A DNA stretch of 64,000 bases from an uncultured Candidatus Saccharibacteria bacterium. Its GTDB lineage: Bacteria > Patescibacteriota > Minisyncoccia > Phycocordibacterales > Phycocordibacteraceae. The stretch covers positions 380,460 through 444,459 of the forward strand of contig CAYUQB010000001.1 in NCBI GenBank assembly GCA_964446735.1, read 5' to 3'. Made by a program: the position numbers and the translations under genes. Shown piece after piece: positions 39,078 to 48,154 of this stretch (position 1 is its first letter; every line of letters starts with the position of its first letter). A model generated the notes under the pieces. That model ran no database searches and was not told the DNA's origin. It saw only the letters and a program-made list of their open reading frames with translations.

Positions 39078-39089
39078 TTTCACGTGAAA
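39078..39089. repeat. parS-like palindrome TTTCACGTGAAA (copy 4, intergenic)
   Basis: perfect 12-bp palindrome. Confidence 0.5.
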
Positions 39090-39300
39090 TCACGGCTGAA
39101 CCCTCTTTTAATTCAGGAGATACGCTCCGATTACGTAGGACGGCCTTTTTCGCGTGTTTACGCCTGATCGAAAGAACTCTCAAAGAACAACCGTCCCGGG
39201 ATTGCTCTTTGAAGTCTCTCGACCATTGAGCCGTCCCGCTGTTCTTTAGTATATTTCCTTATAGGACAATGTAAAGGACATGGATCTGTGGATATGTCCT

Positions 39301-40092
39301 TTAGATTTCTATAGACACTGGGCAGTGATCTGACCCCTCTACTTCTGGGTGCACATCTCCTTTCTGTATATGTTTTGCGAAAGATTTGGTCGCGAACACG
39401 TAATCAATGCGCCAACCGACATTTCGCTCCCGAGCGTTACCCCAGTGGCTCCACCACGTATAGAATCCATTCCCTTGTTTAAACATTCGGAACGTATCAA
39501 CGAAGCCCGCATTGATGATATTATCGATACCCTCACGCTCCTCTCTCGTAAATCCTTTCATCCCTTCATTTTCCTTTGGTCGAGCAAGGTCGTCTGCGGT
39601 GTGTGCAACGTTTAAATCACCACAGAAAATAACAGGTTTTTCTTCTTCAAGGCGCTTCATGTATTCAAGGAAAGCGGGGTCCCAATGTTTGTGACGAAGG
39701 GTGAGACGCGAAAGATCATCCTTGGCATTCGGCGTGTAGACCGACACTACGTAAAAATCATGCATATCGGCTGCGACGATTCTTCCTTCCTGGTTCGGGT
39801 CGCCATATCCATCTCCTGCAAGTCCCCATTTTTCTGCTAGGTCGTCGGGCATGCCGAAGATGACGTCGTTGGGTGTCATCTTGGTGAATATTGCGGTACC
39901 GCTGTACCCCTTCTTTTTCGCGGAACTCCAGAACTCCTCATAGTCCGGGAGATCCAGCGGAGATTGGTGCTGCTCTGCTTTTGTTTCTTGAAGGCAGAGA
40001 ATATCTGGCTTGTACTTCTTAATGAAGGGGAGGAAGAGTCCTTTCTTATGAACGGCGCGTATGCCGTTCACGTTCCAGCTCATGATGCGCAT
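39301..40092 (-). CDS. xth: exodeoxyribonuclease III (AP endonuclease)
   Basis: MRIMSWNVNGIRA, CLQETK, SDHCPVSIEI. Confidence 0.9.
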   Translation of the reverse strand: MRIMSWNVNGIRAVHKKGLFLPFIKKYKPDILCLQETKAEQHQSPLDLPDYEEFWSSAKKKGYSGTAIFTKMTPNDVIFGMPDDLAEKWGLAGDGYGDPNQEGRIVAADMHDFYVVSVYTPNAKDDLSRLTLRHKHWDPAFLEYMKRLEEEKPVIFCGDLNVAHTADDLARPKENEGMKGFTREEREGIDNIINAGFVDTFRMFKQGNGFYTWWSHWGNARERNVGWRIDYVFATKSFAKHIQKGDVHPEVEGSDHCPVSIEI

Positions 40093-40113
40093 ACCCGTAT
40101 TCTACGCTATCAC

Positions 40114-41031
40114 CTATTGCTGACGGGAGTGGAACCGTTTATGAATTTCGCGTAAATGTGAGTCGGTAACGTGTGTATAGATCTGAGTAGTATTGATAGA
40201 CGCGTGCCCAAGAAGGGCCTGAACGCTACGTAAATCGGCGCCGTTAGATAAAAGATCGGTGGCGAACACATGACGAAGCGTGTGGGGCGTGACCTTGGTG
40301 GTAATGCCTGCTTTGGCAGCGTACGTCTTAATGTGTCGTTGCACATCTCGGGGGGTAATGCGGTGGAGTCGATTTGGTCGCCCTTCGACAAAAAGAGCTT
40401 CTTCCATGTCTTTGCGTTCTTTTAGGTACTCCATGACCGCAGCTTTCGCAGCAGGCGAGAGAAAGACTACTCGAACTTTCTCACCCTTACCTCGCACGGA
40501 CAGGTCATCGCGGGATAGATCGATATCAGCATTCAAGGCACAAAGCTCTGCGACACGTAGGCCAGTTGAGAAAAGAAGCTCCAATATGGCTTTATCGCGC
40601 AACAACCTAATACGTTTGTCTTGATCTTCTTCCTTCTTCAGCGCGTCCTCTGGAGCACGAAGGAGTCGAGTTAGTTCCTGAGCAGTGACGACGTCGATCT
40701 GTCGTTCGGGGAGTTTTGCAAGTTCAATACGTTCCGGATTTAGGCCCTCAATACCACGCCTACGCAGATACTTGAGGAATGCTCGCAGTGCGATGAGGTA
40801 GTAGTTTTGCGTGCGACGCTTCATGGTCGCATTCCCCGTACCCGGCTGACGATTGAGCCAGAGTCGGAATTCGCGAATTCGATCTTCCGTAATGTCTCCG
40901 ACCTGCTCGATCTTCATTTGATCGAAGAACACTGCAAGGTAGTGGTCGTAGTTTTCGACTGTTTTCACGGCTCGCCCCTTCTCAATCTCGGTGTATTCGA
41001 GAAATTCGCGCTTCATTTGAGCCGCATTCAT
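40114..41031 (-). CDS. xerC: tyrosine site-specific recombinase XerC/XerD family
   Basis: RDKAILELLFSTGLRVAEL, HTLRHVFATDLLSNGADLRSVQALLGHASINTTQIYTHV with catalytic R..HxxR..Y; start set at internal MNAAQMKREF (ORF track opens at 41145). Confidence 0.8.
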   Translation of the reverse strand: MNAAQMKREFLEYTEIEKGRAVKTVENYDHYLAVFFDQMKIEQVGDITEDRIREFRLWLNRQPGTGNATMKRRTQNYYLIALRAFLKYLRRRGIEGLNPERIELAKLPERQIDVVTAQELTRLLRAPEDALKKEEDQDKRIRLLRDKAILELLFSTGLRVAELCALNADIDLSRDDLSVRGKGEKVRVVFLSPAAKAAVMEYLKERKDMEEALFVEGRPNRLHRITPRDVQRHIKTYAAKAGITTKVTPHTLRHVFATDLLSNGADLRSVQALLGHASINTTQIYTHVTDSHLREIHKRFHSRQQ

Positions 41032-41068
41032 AGCAAAAGTATACCAAGCAGAGTGCGCACAATATGGA

Positions 41069-41093
41069 GCTGCCCGGGGAGGACCCGGGCAGC
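41069..41093 (-). terminator. hairpin after GC-rich ORF 41102-41437
   Basis: gctgcccggg-gagga-cccgggcagc. Confidence 0.45.
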
Positions 41094-41101
41094 CACAAGG
41101 T

Positions 41102-41437
41102 TCATTGTGCAGCAACGCGAAGCGCTTGCGGTGCGATGCACTCAACGACCCAACATCCGGCGCCGCATCTCATGAGCGCAACGTGCTCGAACATCAGGTG
41201 CGCTTCCTGCTGAGCAGGGAAGTGCCAGTAGCAGAACTGTTCGTCCTGACACTGCGGTGGTGCAAGGAAGCGGTCGAACCCCGCGGTCTCGGCAACCGGC
41301 ACGAGCACCACAAAGCGGTCGATGTCGCTTTGCAAGCCAGCAAAGTGTCGAGCGGAGAAGTCTGCGACATCCTCTTCGTCGAGGGAGGGGCAGACTTCGC
41401 TCGGACACCAAGAAATTATTCGTACAAAAGTGTCCAT
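41102..41437 (-). CDS. hypothetical Cys-rich protein (GC-rich cassette)
   Basis: ORF 41102-41488, probably starting at MDTFVRIISW; elevated GC; no family recognised. Confidence 0.35.
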   Translation of the reverse strand: MDTFVRIISWCPSEVCPSLDEEDVADFSARHFAGLQSDIDRFVVLVPVAETAGFDRFLAPPQCQDEQFCYWHFPAQQEAHLMFEHVALMRCGAGCWVVECIAPQALRVAAQ

Positions 41438-41534
41438 TTCAGCCCCCATCTCACAGGAAAGAGGAACGCCACTACGGCCTTTCTTCACCCTACAACACTT
41501 GCGCTTTTAATCAAGGTGTGGTAAGGTATGGCCA

Positions 41535-41801
41535 ATGCTTACGAAACGAGTAAAGACGGCCGCAATTAAAGATGCGGCTCGCCACGAAGGTGACACTGGC
41601 TCGCCAGAGGTTCAGGTGGCAGTTTTGTCGCGCAAGATCGACGAGCTAACGAAGCACCTGAAGAAAAATCAGAAGGACTTCCATAGCCGCCGTGGCCTCC
41701 TACAGATGGTGGCTGACCGCCGCGCACATCTGCGCTACCTCGAGAAGAATGACAAGCGTCGCTACAGCGCGCTCATCAAGAAGCTCGGCCTCAAGAAGTA
41801 G
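41535..41801 (+). CDS. rpsO: 30S ribosomal protein S15
   Basis: GDTGSPEVQVAVLSRKIDELTKHLKKNQKDFHSRRGLLQMVADRRAHLRYL. Confidence 0.9.
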   Translation: MLTKRVKTAAIKDAARHEGDTGSPEVQVAVLSRKIDELTKHLKKNQKDFHSRRGLLQMVADRRAHLRYLEKNDKRRYSALIKKLGLKK

Positions 41802-41916
41802 CCTCGCGTAAGCCCCGACAGGGGTTTTCGCTTTTACCTAGAGTCAGTAAGCAGGTGCTAGGATAGGGAACAGAGTTCCTCCAAGCACGATTTTATGAAA
41901 CGTTAGTTTATTTTTT

Positions 41917-42432
41917 ATGCCTGTAATCAAGCACCCAGCGCAGCGTGTAGGAGTGTTCATCGATACCCAGAACCTCTACCACAGTGCCAAGCATCTCTAT
42001 AAAGCGCGAGTTAATTTCGCGAAAGTTCTCGAAGAAGCAGTAGGGGACCGCGTCCTCGTCCGGGCCATTGCCTATGTAATTTCGACCGAAAGCGGAGAGG
42101 AGTCAGCATTCTTCGAAGCACTTACTAAGATTGGCATCGAGACCAAAGTGAAGGATCTTCAAGTCTTTTCCGATGGCGCCAAGAAGGCTGATTGGGACGT
42201 AGGACTTGCCATCGATGCAGTGAAATTGGCTCCGAAATTGGATACGGTCATTATCGCTTCTGGAGATGGTGACTTCGTCCCACTCATCGAATACCTCGAT
42301 ATGAATGAAGGCTGCCAAGTCGAAGTTATTTCATTCGGCAAGTCATCATCCTCGAAACTGAAGGAGGCGGCGCATGCATTCACTGACATGTGCGAAGACC
42401 CCAAACAATTCCTCATCGGGCATCGCGGATAA
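41917..42432 (+). CDS. NYN-domain (LabA/YacP-like PIN-fold) protein
   Basis: VGVFIDTQNLYHS and IIASGDGDFVPLIEYL, typical NYN acidic residues. Confidence 0.6.
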   Translation: MPVIKHPAQRVGVFIDTQNLYHSAKHLYKARVNFAKVLEEAVGDRVLVRAIAYVISTESGEESAFFEALTKIGIETKVKDLQVFSDGAKKADWDVGLAIDAVKLAPKLDTVIIASGDGDFVPLIEYLDMNEGCQVEVISFGKSSSSKLKEAAHAFTDMCEDPKQFLIGHRG

Positions 42433-42500
42433 CATCTACCAGAAGAACCGCTACATGCACATGCAGGTAGCGGTTCTTCTCTACCGACACCGGTTATACT

Positions 42501-43847
42501 TTGCACATGGCTGATGCCGGCTCCGATAATCCGTACATTCGTACGTATGCGAAAGATTTTGCTGCGCTTTCAGGTAAGCCGCAGTCACCGACCGCTACAC
42601 TCACTCCACCTCCTGCCGATACGGCGGCTCCATCTCCTGAATCAGACCGAGACGCGGTGCTCACCCGCCTACGGGAACGTGCGGTAAAAGACCCCGTATC
42701 AGAAAGTCAGCTTCTGCCGAACAAACTCCCGACTCCACAGCCAATTGCTGAAGCGCTTCCTACCCAGAACCCGCCCGAACCCGTGCATTCTGAACTACCT
42801 CCTCCGCCACCGGCCCCAGTCCTTACTCCGCCTCCACTTCCTCCAACTCCGATCCCACCACCTCCACCCCCCATACCGCTCACACCTAAGCTCGCGCCAC
42901 CTCCAGCAAAGCCGGAGGGTCCGAGTCCTATCCATACATATACGAGCGATTTTGCGGACCGCATTGATCAAGACAAAGCATCAACATTCTCCGTGCTCGC
43001 AGCCCAGTCAGATGCCGCGCCCCATCAAGCGATGCGACTCCCATCGGGTCCTGCGTTCCGCAATATTGGTATCGCGGTCGCCGGAATAGTTCTGGTCATT
43101 CTAGGAGGCGGAGGGGCATATGCCGCATATCGCTATGTCGCTTCGCGAGGATTTGTTCCAGTACTGCCCACAGTGCCGTCGCTCATATTTGCAGATGACC
43201 GTCAGATGCTCTCGGGAGAGGGGAGGGACTTACTTGAAGCGCTCGCCACCTCGGCGGCAAACGGACCAGCGACCGGAGAGGTGCGTGTTGTGTACATCGC
43301 GGTAGCAACCAGCACTCCTGACGGAGGAACGACAAACACGCCGCTTACGGGAGGACGCCTCGTCGGTGCACTCCAACTCACGGCGCCTGACATTCTGCTA
43401 CGCAACATTGGCCCAGAAAGTACGGTGGGGGTTGTGCATGCTGGGGAGGAAAGTCGGGCATTCTTTATCCTAAAAGTCCTCTCATACGAGCGAACGTTTG
43501 CAGGCATGCTGCAATGGGAACGAGACATGCAAGACGATCTTGCTGTTCTGTATCCCTTGTATCCGGAAGCTCCTCTCGCAGCACCCACCATCGCGACCAC
43601 TACGAAAGTTGTGAACGGAAAGACAATAGTGGCCACTACCACTGTGGCCGCACCCTTACCTCGCACCGACCCCCCTCGCTTTATCGACGAAATAGTTGCC
43701 AATCACGACGTCCGTGCGCTCAAAGACGGGGCAGGGAGAACCATTCTGTTGTACGGGTACAAAGGGAAGGATCTGCTAGTCATTGCACGGGATGAAGCAG
43801 CATTCACCGAGTTGGTACGACGACTTTCCGCTACCAAGCAGCAATGA
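42501..43847 (+). CDS. hypothetical Pro-rich single-pass membrane protein
   Basis: 448 aa; PPPPAPVLTPPPLPPTPIPPPPPP tract; TM IGIAVAGIVLVILGG; internal duplicated motif IRTYAKDFA / IHTYTSDFA. Confidence 0.4.
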   Translation: MHMADAGSDNPYIRTYAKDFAALSGKPQSPTATLTPPPADTAAPSPESDRDAVLTRLRERAVKDPVSESQLLPNKLPTPQPIAEALPTQNPPEPVHSELPPPPPAPVLTPPPLPPTPIPPPPPPIPLTPKLAPPPAKPEGPSPIHTYTSDFADRIDQDKASTFSVLAAQSDAAPHQAMRLPSGPAFRNIGIAVAGIVLVILGGGGAYAAYRYVASRGFVPVLPTVPSLIFADDRQMLSGEGRDLLEALATSAANGPATGEVRVVYIAVATSTPDGGTTNTPLTGGRLVGALQLTAPDILLRNIGPESTVGVVHAGEESRAFFILKVLSYERTFAGMLQWERDMQDDLAVLYPLYPEAPLAAPTIATTTKVVNGKTIVATTTVAAPLPRTDPPRFIDEIVANHDVRALKDGAGRTILLYGYKGKDLLVIARDEAAFTELVRRLSATKQQ

Positions 43848-43880
43848 TTTTGCTGGTCCACAGCATGCTACAGTACTCGC

Positions 43881-44231
43881 ATGGAAACCGGACCGTATAA
43901 AGAATTACTCGAACAGGAGAAAGCGACGCTTGAGGCGGAGCTTGCAACTGTAGGGCGCCGCAACCCCGCGAACCCCGCAGACTGGGAAGCAGTTCCAACT
44001 GAAACGGGTCTTGAATCTGACCCGAATGACCAGGCTGACCTCATGGAAGGCTACAGCGAAAACAACGCTATCCTGACCGACCTTGAAACACGCTATCAGC
44101 ACATTCTTGATGCGCTCGGTCGCATCGACGCGGGAACCTATGGAATCTGCAGCGTGGGAGGGGAACCGATAGAGGCTGAACGGCTCGCTGCCGATCCTGC
44201 AGCAACAACTTGTAAGGCACATCTAACATAA
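43881..44231 (+). CDS. DksA/TraR-family protein with degenerate C4 zinc finger
   Basis: coiled-coil N-terminus then GTYGICSVGGEPIEAERLAADPAATTCKAH; only 2 of the 4 canonical Cys retained. Confidence 0.5.
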   Translation: METGPYKELLEQEKATLEAELATVGRRNPANPADWEAVPTETGLESDPNDQADLMEGYSENNAILTDLETRYQHILDALGRIDAGTYGICSVGGEPIEAERLAADPAATTCKAHLT

Positions 44232-44237
44232 CTATCC

Positions 44238-44873
44238 ATGAACACTTTTTCTATTAAAGAGAGCCTCGCCTTCGGATGGCGCACGTTCAAGCTTCGGCCG
44301 TGGTTCTTTGTCTCCGTTTCTCTCATGGTGCTTGTGGTGAGCATGCTCTCTGGATTCCTTCAGGGTGTCATTACTGACCTTTCTGGCCAGACGATTGGTA
44401 GCATCGCATCACTTGCGATCTCGCTTGCAGTCAACACATTCATCAGCATGGGTGTCATCGCGCTGTACCTCAAAGCTCATGACGGTGTGGGCGCGGCCCG
44501 TCTTGCTCACCTGTGGCATCCGGCTCCCTTCTGGCGCTATCTTAGTACGATTCTTCTTCTTGCCATTGGTACACTCATCGGTCTCATTCTTCTCATCATT
44601 CCAGGCATCATCTTTGCTCTTGCGTGCGGTTTCGCACGCGTCATCGTGATCGATCGAGAACTTTCGCCTGTCCACGCACTCAAAGAAAGCGCACGCATGA
44701 CAAAGGGGAAGCGTCTACATATCCTTCTCTTTGTACTCAGTATTACGGCCATAAACTTCCTTGGCGCACTTGCGCTCCTGGTTGGCCTCTTCGTTACGAT
44801 GCCGGTCTCAGTTCTGGCAACTATGCACGTATACCGCTCACTTGCGCGGGAAAACGTACCGGTAGCAGCCTAA
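44238..44873 (+). CDS. hypothetical polytopic membrane protein (DUF975-like architecture)
   Basis: 211 aa, 5-6 TM helices. Confidence 0.4.
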   Translation: MNTFSIKESLAFGWRTFKLRPWFFVSVSLMVLVVSMLSGFLQGVITDLSGQTIGSIASLAISLAVNTFISMGVIALYLKAHDGVGAARLAHLWHPAPFWRYLSTILLLAIGTLIGLILLIIPGIIFALACGFARVIVIDRELSPVHALKESARMTKGKRLHILLFVLSITAINFLGALALLVGLFVTMPVSVLATMHVYRSLARENVPVAA

Positions 44874-44953
44874 CGAACACCTCGACAAAGACCTCGCCGA
44901 AATAATCGGCGAGGTCTTTATATATTCCCTATTGAAGTAGACGCCGGAGCGAG

Positions 44954-46054
44954 CTAGCGGCAGAACGGATTCGCCGCCTTGTGAACTTCGAAGTGGAGGT
45001 GGTTACCGGTAGATTTACCAGTAGATCCCACATATCCGATGAGTTCACCCTTACCAACGGTTGCCCCTGCGGCCGTTGCCGTACGTGTCATGTGGGCATA
45101 TAGCGTCTGGGCACCGCTCGCATGGTTGATCACGACGTAATTGCCGTACCCGCCGTTCCACCCACCATTTGCGAGAGAGATGATGACCTTACCAGCTGCA
45201 GATGCATAAATAGGAGTGCCATTCGGAGCAGCGATATCGACACCGTTATTACCGTGACGAGTCTGCGTACAGCGTCCAGCTGGAAGCGGATTGCTGAAGC
45301 CTGAAATCGTCGGGAGCGTTACCGTCTTCTTGGCACCTGGCTTCTTCGTCGGTGTGGGGGCCGCTACCGGTTCGCCGTTCGGGATGATGATCTTTGTCCC
45401 TACAATGAGCGGTTCACCCGAATCAAGGCCGTTATATGAAAGTATGTCCTCGGTACTGCCGCCGTACTTCTTTGCAAGTGATGCGACGGTCTCACCCGAA
45501 CGTACCGTGTGTTCAATACCAGTGACCGGAAGGATGACGAGGGTCTGGCCAGGGGTGAGTTTGCTCTTAGCCGTGAGATTGTTGGCCCAGAGGATGGTAT
45601 TTACTGAAATACCGTTCTTCGCCGCAATGGAAGAGAGCGTATCGCCTGATTCGATGATATAGGTACGGATTTCGCCACCTTCTGCTCGATGCACGATATC
45701 GGCAAGGGTCCCATCTGGACCAGCGTTCGCCATAAGTGCGGAACCTTCGGAAACATATACGCCACTCTCTCCCTTTTCCGGATTCGGATCAGGGTTTAAT
45801 GCAGCGGCAAGGAGCGGGAGGTTACTGCTATGGACGATAGGGGGCTCACCTCCTGACGAAGACGCACGCAGCATAGTAAAAGGCCAAAACGCGTTGGTCG
45901 CGATGGGAAGGGAAAGCAATGAGGCGCCCGCTAGAAGCGCCAAGGTGCCAGTGGCTACCGTGTTCCAATATGCATTCCGACTGCGCGAGCGATTATGAGT
46001 TGAATCGGAAGGTGTAGGTGTGGAAGAAATACGTGGTCGAGGGCGTTCAGGCAA
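44954..46054 (-). CDS. LysM-domain M23 peptidoglycan endopeptidase
   Basis: two LysM repeats (YIIESGDTLSSIAAKNGISV; HTVRSGETVASLAKKYG) and M23 core HMTRTATAAGATVGKGELIGYVGSTGKSTGNHLHFEV. Confidence 0.8.
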   Translation of the reverse strand: MPERPRPRISSTPTPSDSTHNRSRSRNAYWNTVATGTLALLAGASLLSLPIATNAFWPFTMLRASSSGGEPPIVHSSNLPLLAAALNPDPNPEKGESGVYVSEGSALMANAGPDGTLADIVHRAEGGEIRTYIIESGDTLSSIAAKNGISVNTILWANNLTAKSKLTPGQTLVILPVTGIEHTVRSGETVASLAKKYGGSTEDILSYNGLDSGEPLIVGTKIIIPNGEPVAAPTPTKKPGAKKTVTLPTISGFSNPLPAGRCTQTRHGNNGVDIAAPNGTPIYASAAGKVIISLANGGWNGGYGNYVVINHASGAQTLYAHMTRTATAAGATVGKGELIGYVGSTGKSTGNHLHFEVHKAANPFCR

Positions 46055-46235
46055 TCTTCATGGGTACAAAATAAGGCTCTATCGAGCCATATTCTTGCGT
46101 ATCAGCGTATCGAGTGACCTCGCTAGTATACCGTCCGGGGAGGGGTGGTCAACGGGTTGACAGGGTACCTGTTGAAAATGTGAAGAATGCGCCCTATTTT
46201 TGGCGCCATAAAAACGCTCGCGTTATAGTAAGCAG

Positions 46236-48152
46236 ATGCAGTACCTCGACGGCCTCAATGAACGACAGAAAGAGGCCGTTCTTACCACCGAGGGACCAAT
46301 TTCGGTACTTGCGGGTGCAGGCTCAGGAAAAACCCGCGTACTTACAACACGTATCTACCATCTCATCCGTCAGGGTACGCCCGCTGAGAAAATTCTTGCC
46401 GTCACCTTCACCAATAAGGCGGCACGTGAGATGCGAGAACGACTCGGGAAGCTCCTGGGGGATGGATCAGTGCCATTTGTTGCAACCTTCCATGGACTAG
46501 GACGTGAGCTCCTACAGAAATACGGCCAAGCGATTGGGGTCCCACGCTATTTCAGCGTGTACGATCGGGATGATTCCGAACGTGCCATCAAAGAAGCTCT
46601 GAAGAGTTTGGACATCGATCCCAAAGAGATTCCACCGCGCTCAATACTCGCCCGTATCAGCAGAGCGAAAGGGGAGGGGGAAACCCCAGAGACATTTAAG
46701 AGTCGTCACGCCTCGGAAGGATTCCGCTCACGCATCGCATCACAGGTATGGGATAAGTACGAAGAAACACTTACACATGAGAAGGCACTTGATTTCGACG
46801 ATCTGATCGCGAAACCCGTTGCACTTCTTCGAGAACATAAAGAAGCACGTACACTCGCTCAAGAGCGTTTCTCCTATGTGCACGTTGATGAATACCAAGA
46901 CACCAATGAACTTCAAGGAACACTTGCAAATCTCCTAGTCGAAACGCATCGAAACCTTTTTGTCGTCGGTGACATCGACCAAACTATCTATACCTGGCGA
47001 GGCGCAACCATCGAGAACCTGCTGTCGTTTGACGAGACCTACCCGGAAGCAAAAACTATTGTGCTGGAGCACAACTATCGCTCGAGCAAGACTATAGTTG
47101 AGGCGAGTAACCGCATCATTGAGAAGAATCGCAATCGTAAGGAGAAGCGCGCGGTAACTGATAATCCTGATGGTCATCCCATACGGCTTCTGGTAGCTGA
47201 CACTGCAGAAGAAGAAGCACGTCGGATTGCACGAGAGGCGCGCGAATATATACGTTCGGGCGTTGCCCCGGAACAAATAGCAGTGCTATATCGTACAAAC
47301 TTCCAGTCACGAGTACTCGAAGAAGCCTTTCTTAGCGAAGGTATTCCGTATCGTTTACTGGGTACCCGCTTTCTTGATCGCAAGGAAGTGAAAGACGTTA
47401 TCGCCTGGGTACGACTCGCTCTTGATCCGTTACGACAGAGCGATCGCGTGCGCGCGGTGCAAGCCCCGTCTCGTGGAATCGGTAAGGTCACGGTCGCAAA
47501 GATGGCGACAGGAACACTTGATGGCCTCACGCCTTCTGTGCGAGCAAAGATAGAAGCGTTTGAGAGTACCGTCCGTACGCTTCACGAAGAAAGTAAAACT
47601 GCGGCACCCTCTGCATTCGTGCGACGAGTACTAGAGCTCTCGGGTATGCAGGGAGTACTCGAGAAGGGAGGGGAGGATGACCTGGAGCGTCTTGAGAACG
47701 CTAAAGAGCTCGCGACACTGGCGAGTCGATACGACCATATCCCAGGTACCGAAGGACTGGATGCATTTCTTGCAGACACAGCTCTGGCGGGGGACCAAGA
47801 CGAGCTCGATCGCCCGCAAACGAAGCAGAAGGAGGGAGTAACACTCATGACCGTGCATGCGGCCAAGGGCCTCGAGTTTGAAGCAGTGTTCGTCTCTGGT
47901 CTTGAGGAGGGTCTATTTCCGCATGAGGGGATGGGCGAGAACGAGGAACGAGACGAGGAAGAGGAGCGACGCCTGTTCTATGTCGCTATGACACGGGCAA
48001 AATCTCGTTTGATCCTTACTATGGCCCGCGTTCGGCGTATTTACGGTACAGATTATCTCTCCGAGCCTTCTTCATTCCTCCATGACATTGATCCAGGTCT
48101 TATGCGCATTGAATACGGCGAACGGGAAGAGGAAGGGGTGATACATATATAG
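46236..48152 (+). CDS. pcrA: ATP-dependent DNA helicase UvrD/PcrA family
   Basis: LNERQKEAVLTTEGPISVLAGAGSGKTRVLT, DEYQDTN, VLEHNYRS, TVHAAKGLEF; 638 aa. Confidence 0.85.
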   Translation: MQYLDGLNERQKEAVLTTEGPISVLAGAGSGKTRVLTTRIYHLIRQGTPAEKILAVTFTNKAAREMRERLGKLLGDGSVPFVATFHGLGRELLQKYGQAIGVPRYFSVYDRDDSERAIKEALKSLDIDPKEIPPRSILARISRAKGEGETPETFKSRHASEGFRSRIASQVWDKYEETLTHEKALDFDDLIAKPVALLREHKEARTLAQERFSYVHVDEYQDTNELQGTLANLLVETHRNLFVVGDIDQTIYTWRGATIENLLSFDETYPEAKTIVLEHNYRSSKTIVEASNRIIEKNRNRKEKRAVTDNPDGHPIRLLVADTAEEEARRIAREAREYIRSGVAPEQIAVLYRTNFQSRVLEEAFLSEGIPYRLLGTRFLDRKEVKDVIAWVRLALDPLRQSDRVRAVQAPSRGIGKVTVAKMATGTLDGLTPSVRAKIEAFESTVRTLHEESKTAAPSAFVRRVLELSGMQGVLEKGGEDDLERLENAKELATLASRYDHIPGTEGLDAFLADTALAGDQDELDRPQTKQKEGVTLMTVHAAKGLEFEAVFVSGLEEGLFPHEGMGENEERDEEEERRLFYVAMTRAKSRLILTMARVRRIYGTDYLSEPSSFLHDIDPGLMRIEYGEREEEGVIHI

Positions 48153-48154
48153 GT

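Noticed and set aside
41810-41835. Terminator after rpsO
   Set aside because: A cccc-gaca-gggg hairpin with a T-run is probably a terminator, but the stem is only 4-6 bp and too weak to list as a feature with confidence.
46114-46500. 128-aa ORF upstream of and overlapping the uvrD start
   Set aside because: It is in a different frame from the helicase, has no motif, and overlaps the promoter/5' end of pcrA. The helicase start at 46236 (MQYLDGLNERQKEAV) is the conserved N-terminus.
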